Shown here: one piece after another, positions 1 through 4,372 of the stretch
Layout of the letters: each line of letters opens with the position of its first letter
Numbering within the stretch: the first letter of the stretch is position 1
Notes under the pieces: generated by a model
The model's database searches: none
Seen by the model: only the letters and a program-made list of their open reading frames with translations
What the model was told of the DNA's origin: nothing
Translations under genes and position numbers: made by a program
Virus record (IMG/VR): IMGVR_UViG_2778261454_000004
DNA length: 4,372 nucleotides
Origin: a virus
Lineage: Duplodnaviria; Heunggongvirae; Uroviricota; Caudoviricetes
Strand: one strand, 5' to 3'

Positions 1-283
1 GGTTGAGAAGCGGTGTAAGTGAACTGCAGTTGCCATGTTTTACGGCAGTGAGAGCAGAGATAGCGCTGATGTCCGGCGGTGCTTTTGCCGTTACGCACCA
101 CCCCGTCAGTAGCTGAACAGGAGGGACAGCTGATAGAAACAGAAGCCACTGGAGCACCTCAAAAACACCATCATACACTAAATCAGTAAGTTGGCAGCAT
201 CACCCGGGCCTTACGCTAATGTAACTTCTTTCCTTCTTCGAACCAAACCGTGTACACCATCCGTTATCTGCGGAGGTAAGGCT

Positions 284-499
284 ATGAAATCCATGGATAA
301 GTTAACAACGGGCATCGCCTACAGCACCTCTGCAGGCAGTGCTGGCTACTGGTTTTTACAGTTGCTCGATAAAGTCACGCCCTCACAGTGGGCGGCAATA
401 GGTGTATTGGGTAGTCTGGTATTTGGCATGCTGACGTATCTGACAAACCTTTATTTCAAGATTAAAGAAGACAAGCGTAAGGCTGCATGGGGAGAGTAA
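284..499 (+). CDS. essQ: Class II pinholin, phage 21 S-type, 71 aa with dual start (antiholin from ATG 284, holin from ATG 293)
   Basis: Translation [71 protein letters not shown]. Two predicted TMDs: a Gly/Ala/Ser-rich SAR-like TMD1 and a hydrophobic TMD2, then a charged C-terminal tail. The Met-Lys-Ser-Met N-terminus is the classic holin/antiholin dual-start motif. GGAGG at 267-271 sits about 12 nt upstream of ATG 284. The listed ORF 191-499 begins at an in-frame TTG; 284 is the first ATG. The Qin-paralog symbol is inferred from the neighbouring cspI/ynfN/gnsB/ydfO context, not from a search. Confidence 0.85.
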   Translation: MKSMDKLTTGIAYSTSAGSAGYWFLQLLDKVTPSQWAAIGVLGSLVFGMLTYLTNLYFKIKEDKRKAAWGE

Positions 500-503
500 T
501 TCA

Positions 504-818
504 ATGACTCAAAAATATGAACTGATTGTGAAAGGGATCCGCAATTTTGAGAATAAAGTTACGGTAACTTTAGCGTTACGGGACAAAGAACGCTTTGACG
601 GTGAAATTTTTGACCTGGACATCTCGCTGGACCATGTTGAAGGTGCCGCGCTGGAGTTTTATGAGGCAGCAGCCAGAAGGAGCATCAGACAGGTCTTCCT
701 GGATGTTGCTGCCGGGTTATGTGAAGGGGACGAGCTGTTGCCAGAAACGCGACCCTGTTCAGAGGCTCGGTATACCATAAAAATTAACAGTTCAGATAAC
801 TCGATTACGGGTTGTTAG
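504..818 (+). CDS. ydfR: YdfR-like protein of unknown function (DUF1327-type), 104 aa, between holin and endolysin
   Basis: Intact ORF starting 4 nt after the holin stop, with GGGGAGAG (490-497) 6 nt upstream of ATG 504. Acidic, no predicted TM segment. The position between the holin and lysozyme genes matches the Qin-type lysis cassette as I recall it. Function unknown. Confidence 0.7.
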   Translation: MTQKYELIVKGIRNFENKVTVTLALRDKERFDGEIFDLDISLDHVEGAALEFYEAAARRSIRQVFLDVAAGLCEGDELLPETRPCSEARYTIKINSSDNSITGC

Positions 819-873
819 CTTTTTGCAGTTGGCTTTCCAGTATCTTTCATTGGTAGCATCCTGATAAATATCC

Positions 874-1901
<1,028 letters not shown>

Positions 1902-2151
1902 GGTAATATTAAATCGGAACATTTACATCGCGGAATGTAAAATTTAAATAAAAAGGACTCTTCCATGAGCCAAAATTCCTGAAATCTTAAGGGTAAGATA
2001 AAAGGTCTTAATCAGAATGACACGTTTTATTAATAAATAAAGCTATTCTTTCATTGCTGTGTTTTTCTTTACAAAAGTAATCCTTGCTATGGGTGGTTAA
2101 TCATGCGTTAATGGTGTTCTGGTTTGTTACAAATTTATCTGAAGCAGTCAT

Positions 2152-2160
2152 TGTTATAAT
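2152..2160 (+). promoter_or_regulatory. Candidate extended -10 promoter element (TGtTATAAT) for cspI
   Basis: Perfect TATAAT at 2155-2160 preceded by TG at 2152-2153, inside an AT-rich block. It would give a leader of about 95 nt before cspI. A second candidate (TTGCTA 2084-2089, 18-bp spacer, GTTAAT 2108-2113) would give a longer leader. No experimental support. Confidence 0.4.
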
Positions 2161-2262
2161 TTTATTATTTGTACCTCTTGAGATTTCCTTGTTGGTTTTT
2201 CTCTCTGATATTTTTTTCGGACCATTCTGCCCAAGGGCTAATTTCTTCAAAAGGTAATAATT

Positions 2263-2475
2263 ATGTCTAACAAAATGACTGGTTTAGTGAAATGGTTTAA
2301 CCCTGAAAAAGGTTTTGGTTTCATCACGCCGAAAGATGGCAGCAAAGATGTGTTTGTCCATTTCTCAGCAATTCAGAGCAACGATTTCAAAACATTAACT
2401 GAGAATCAGGAAGTTGAATTTGGTATTGAGAACGGACCTAAAGGTCCTGCCGCTGTTCATGTAGTGGCGCTTTGA
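2263..2475 (+). CDS. cspI: Cold-shock protein of the CspA family (CspI), 70 aa
   Basis: Translation [70 protein letters not shown] carries the cold-shock-domain RNP1 (KGFGFI) and RNP2 (VFVHF) motifs. The AAGGTAATAATT-ATG initiation region resembles that of cspA. Preceded by a long AT-rich leader. Confidence 0.93.
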   Translation: MSNKMTGLVKWFNPEKGFGFITPKDGSKDVFVHFSAIQSNDFKTLTENQEVEFGIENGPKGPAAVHVVAL

Positions 2476-2563
2476 GGTAGACAATATTACAAACCATATT
2501 CACTTTAGATGCCCGTGTTGTCATGGTTCCCAGTATAGAACATCATCTTTTGATGTTTCTGAC

Positions 2564-2674
2564 ATGAATCCTTTCGGGGCAAAATGTATCTTTTGTAAAT
2601 CAATGATGATTACATTTGATAATATTTCACAATACTTAAATGCCAGCCGTCTGTCGTTGGATTTAAAAAAGTGA
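2564..2674 (+). CDS. Possible small zinc-ribbon-like ORF or gene remnant; only the ATG-initiated 36-aa part is annotated
   Basis: The frame is open from 2465 to stop 2672-2674 and reads ...CPCCHGSQYRTSSFDVSDMNPFGAKCIFCKSMMITFDNISQYLNASRLSLDLKK, i.e. two Cys pairs (CPCC and CIFC) about 22 residues apart. No ATG, GTG or TTG lies upstream of ATG 2564 in this frame, so the first Cys pair has no canonical start. Below the length cut-off of the ORF track. Confidence 0.25.
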   Translation: MNPFGAKCIFCKSMMITFDNISQYLNASRLSLDLKK

Positions 2675-2679
2675 AAATG

Positions 2680-2702
2680 AAGGCTCCTTCGGGAGCTTTT
2701 TT
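2680..2702 (+). terminator. Intrinsic terminator: GC-rich hairpin with UUCG tetraloop followed by a T-run
   Basis: Stem AAGGCTCC (2680-2687), loop TTCG (2688-2691), stem GGAGCTTT (2692-2699) with one G-U pair, then TTTTTTG; six T at 2697-2702. Lies about 200 nt after the cspI stop and before ynfN. Confidence 0.75.
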
Positions 2703-2820
2703 GCTTGGTGTCTATTCGATGGATACTCACATACTACGGTAACATCATGAAAAAAATCATAGTTTTTTTAACTCTGAACCAGCAGTGGTAGTGCCAGCGA
2801 TGACTGGAGTTAACACCATC

Positions 2821-2976
2821 ATGCGTGAATATCCAAATGGCGAAAAAACACACCTTACTGTAATGGCCGCAGGGTTTCCATCTCTGACCGGAGATCATAA
2901 AGTCATTTATGTAGCCGCGGATCGACATGTTACTTCAGAAGAAATTCTGGAAGCAGCAATAAGGCTCTTGAGTTGA
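2821..2976 (+). CDS. ynfN: YnfN-like small protein, 51 aa (alternative start ATG 2800 gives 58 aa)
   Basis: Translation MREYPNGEKTHLTVMAAGFPSLTGDHKVIYVAADRHVTSEEILEAAIRLLS. Length and position (between cspI and gnsB) match my recollection of the Qin-prophage cold-shock-induced gene ynfN. GGAG at 2806-2809 is 11 nt upstream of ATG 2821. Start choice is not verified. Confidence 0.6.
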   Translation: MREYPNGEKTHLTVMAAGFPSLTGDHKVIYVAADRHVTSEEILEAAIRLLS

Positions 2977-3093
2977 TTTGATGCTATTGCATTGATAATT
3001 CAGGAAAATTCTCTTTGTCTGTTTGTGTAAAATTTAGACTATCGTATGTTGATTATTGCGATGTTTCATCTTATCTTTTACACGTTTGCACCA

Positions 3094-3099
3094 TATAAT
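3094..3099 (+). promoter_or_regulatory. Candidate -10 hexamer (TATAAT) for gnsB
   Basis: Perfect TATAAT at 3094-3099, about 48 nt upstream of the gnsB start. The -35 is weak: TTATCT at 17-bp spacing, or TTTACA at only 11 bp. Confidence 0.3.
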
Positions 3100-3147
3100 C
3101 GACTTACTGTGTAACTGGAAAGTCATAACAGACTAAAAGAGGAAATG

Positions 3148-3321
3148 ATGAATATTGAAAACTTAAAAACAAAAGCAGAAGCAGATATTTCTGAATATAT
3201 AACAAAAAAAATTATTGAACTTAAGAAAAAGACCGGGAAAGAAGTTACCAGTATTCAGTTTACCGCACGGGAAAAAATGACGGGTCTTGAAAGCTATGAT
3301 GTCAAGATTAATTTAATCTGA
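3148..3321 (+). CDS. gnsB: GnsB (GnsA/GnsB family small protein), 57 aa
   Basis: Translation MNIENLKTKAEADISEYITKKIIELKKKTGKEVTSIQFTAREKMTGLESYDVKINLI closely resembles the GnsA/GnsB sequences I recall (MNIEELKK...TGKEVSEIRFTAREKMTGLESYDVKIKIM). AGAGGA at 3137-3142 is 5 nt upstream of ATG 3148. An additional in-frame ATG at 3145 would add one Met. Confidence 0.85.
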   Translation: MNIENLKTKAEADISEYITKKIIELKKKTGKEVTSIQFTAREKMTGLESYDVKINLI

Positions 3322-3347
3322 TGTATTCAATAATAAAATTTATCCAT

Positions 3348-3370
3348 AAACCTCGTTTTTACGGGGTTTT
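3348..3370 (+). terminator. Probable intrinsic terminator downstream of gnsB
   Basis: AAACCTCGT (3348-3356), loop TTTT, ACGGGG (3361-3366), then TTTTGTT. The stem has one G-U pair and is followed by a T-run. Confidence 0.5.
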
Positions 3371-3435
3371 GTTATATTTGAATGGTTCCGAATATCTAAA
3401 TCACAATTGTTGATGGTTTTTATTAAACCAATGCA

Positions 3436-3464
3436 GTCCGGCTCAGGAGTGAGAGAAGCCGGAC
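3436..3464 (-). terminator. Hairpin just downstream of the ydfO-like gene (minus strand); possible weak terminator
   Basis: Perfect 8-bp inverted repeat GTCCGGCT (3436-3443) / AGCCGGAC (3457-3464) with a 13-nt loop, starting 9 nt after the minus-strand stop. The following minus-strand sequence (TGCATTGGTTTAAT) is only moderately T-rich. Confidence 0.35.
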
Positions 3465-3472
3465 GTTATGGT

Positions 3473-3883
3473 TTAGCGTGGTAAGATCTGTGTAGTTTTC
3501 TGGATGCTTTCAGTAAATAGTAATGAATTATCAAAGGCATAGTAATATCTTTTTTGTTCGTGGATATTTGTAACCCACCGAAAAACTCCTGCTTTAGCAA
3601 GGTTTCTTCTGTATTCCTGAAATGTGATCTCTCTGGATTTCAGCTTATTAGAGGTCGTTTCTATAAGATGCCTATCCTTTGAAAATTTGACAGACACAAT
3701 GTTTTTTAGGCCCTTTAATAACACTGTATTATCATTTTTTAATACAATATGAACATTCTCTGTGGCTAAATAGTAAATGTAATGTGAGACATTGTGACGT
3801 TTTAGCTCAGAATAAAACCATTGATAGTTTAAATCGTTTCGAACTTTATCAAATATTTGTTTAAAAATGACTACCTGATCCAT
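3473..3883 (-). CDS. ydfO: YdfO/YbcV-like protein, DUF1398 family, 136 aa, function unknown
   Basis: Translation from [47 protein letters not shown]... matches the prophage YdfO/YbcV family as I recall it. Start set at ATG 3883 because GGAAGG lies 7 nt upstream on the minus strand; the listed ORF start at 3898 has no Shine-Dalgarno. Confidence 0.75.
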   Translation of the reverse strand: MDQVVIFKQIFDKVRNDLNYQWFYSELKRHNVSHYIYYLATENVHIVLKNDNTVLLKGLKNIVSVKFSKDRHLIETTSNKLKSREITFQEYRRNLAKAGVFRWVTNIHEQKRYYYAFDNSLLFTESIQKTTQILPR

Positions 3884-3940
3884 AGATAAACCTTCCATGT
3901 GATATGAGGGGGCGTAGTCTGCACGATTATCTAAATTGCT

Positions 3941-4174
3941 TCAATCTGGTCTGACCTGTTTTCTGAGCAATTCAGTAATGTCACTCTTTTCTTTGTTTGC
4001 TTCAGGAGAAACTCTTTTTTCTGAGCACAGTCTCCGGCGGCAGGCTTCAATGACCCAGGCTGAGAAATTCCCGGACCCTTTTTGATCAAGAGCGATGTTA
4101 ATTTGTTCAATCATTTGGTTAGGAAAGCGGATGTTGCGGATTGTTGTTCTGCGGGTTCTGTTCTTCGTTGACAT
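3941..4174 (-). CDS. Small basic ribbon-helix-helix (Arc/MetJ/CopG-like) DNA-binding protein, 77 aa; possibly YnfO-like
   Basis: Translation MSTKNRTRRTTIRNIRFPNQMIEQINIALDQKGSGNFSAWVIEACRRRL... shows a basic N-terminal segment (RTRRTTIRNIRF, beta-strand-like) followed by two short helices, the usual RHH pattern. It sits 57 bp upstream of the DUF1398 gene and is co-oriented with it. Fold is inferred, not computed. Confidence 0.6.
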   Translation of the reverse strand: MSTKNRTRRTTIRNIRFPNQMIEQINIALDQKGSGNFSAWVIEACRRRLCSEKRVSPEANKEKSDITELLRKQVRPD

Positions 4175-4321
4175 GAGGTTGTCCCGTATTTAGTGTCGCT
4201 GATTTGTATTGTCTGAAGTTGTTTTTACGTTAAGTTGATGCAGATCAATTAATATGATACCTGCGTCATAATTGATTATTTGACGTGGTTTGATGGCGTA
4301 GATGCACGTTGTGACATGCAG

Positions 4322-4338
4322 ATGATAATTATTATCAT
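4322..4338. promoter_or_regulatory. Perfect 17-bp palindrome ATGATAAT-T-ATTATCAT; candidate operator, Fur-box-like
   Basis: Positions 4322-4338 are exactly self-complementary around 4330. 4324-4342 (GATAATTATTATCATTTTG) matches the 19-bp Fur-box consensus GATAATGATAATCATTATC at 15 of 19 positions by hand alignment. It lies about 150 bp upstream of the RHH gene start. Confidence 0.4.
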
Positions 4339-4372
4339 TTTGCGGGTCCTTTCCGGCGATCCGACAGGTTAC

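Noticed and set aside
3-116. Partial ORF in frame 3 at the left edge as a called CDS
   Set aside because: Only 37 codons with no start in the window and no recognisable motif; left as a possibility in the findings.
191-283. 5' extension of the holin ORF starting at TTG 191, as listed in the ORF track
   Set aside because: The extension has no Shine-Dalgarno and would put about 30 extra residues before the dual-start motif. ATG 284 and 293 with GGAGG upstream fit the pinholin family.
595-780. 61-aa + strand ORF in an alternative frame inside the ydfR-like gene
   Set aside because: Entirely nested in a better-supported gene; no ribosome-binding site and no recognisable features.
1922-1941. AT-rich hairpin (TTTACAT / ATGTAAA) just after the Rz stop as a terminator
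   Set aside because: Stem is all A-T and is followed by an A-rich, not T-rich, tract; unlikely to terminate efficiently.
2785-2820. Longer ynfN start at GTG 2785 (or ATG 2800)
   Set aside because: The 51-aa form from ATG 2821 matches the size I recall and has GGAG upstream. ATG 2800 cannot be excluded and is noted in the feature.
2521-2928. Minus-strand ORFs 2521-2730 and 2734-2928
   Set aside because: The first runs through the + strand terminator hairpin and the second overlaps ynfN; neither has a ribosome-binding site.
3884-3898. Upstream ATG 3898 as the start of the DUF1398 gene (MEGLSMDQ...)
   Set aside because: The GGAAGG Shine-Dalgarno lies inside these codons and serves ATG 3883; ATG 3898 has only a C-rich upstream region.
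4175-4372. Phage cos site or packaging signal
   Set aside because: No terminase gene or cohesive-end pattern is visible in the window. The region is better explained as the upstream regulatory region of the RHH gene.
4175-4372. A specific sigma-70 promoter for the RHH gene
   Set aside because: Several weak -10-like hexamers exist on the minus strand but none pairs with a good -35 at 16-18 bp. The promoter may lie beyond the window edge.

Overview
This window reads as the late/lysis region of a lambdoid (Qin-like) E. coli prophage, followed by a cold-shock-associated cargo block and a leftward-transcribed two-gene unit. All identifications come from reading the translations and motifs by eye and from memory of the families; no database search was run. 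Left to right on the + strand: an S21-type pinholin with a dual start (284-499), a YdfR-like gene of unknown function (504-818), a SAR endolysin with an E-x8-D-x5-T triad (874-1407), and an Rz i-spanin (1404-1901) with an Rz1 lipoprotein embedded in its +1 frame (1597-1851). After an AT-rich leader comes cspI (2263-2475), a possible zinc-ribbon-like small ORF, a strong intrinsic terminator (2680-2702), ynfN (2821-2976) and gnsB (3148-3321). On the - strand sit a DUF1398 YdfO-like gene (3473-3883) and an upstream ribbon-helix-helix gene (3941-4174), preceded by a region holding a perfect 17-bp Fur-box-like palindrome (4322-4338). No rRNA, tRNA, CRISPR array or transposase was seen. The most interesting open questions are the unknown gene wedged into the lysis cassette, the RHH/DUF1398 pair with toxin-antitoxin-like architecture, the start-less zinc-ribbon ORF, and the palindrome.
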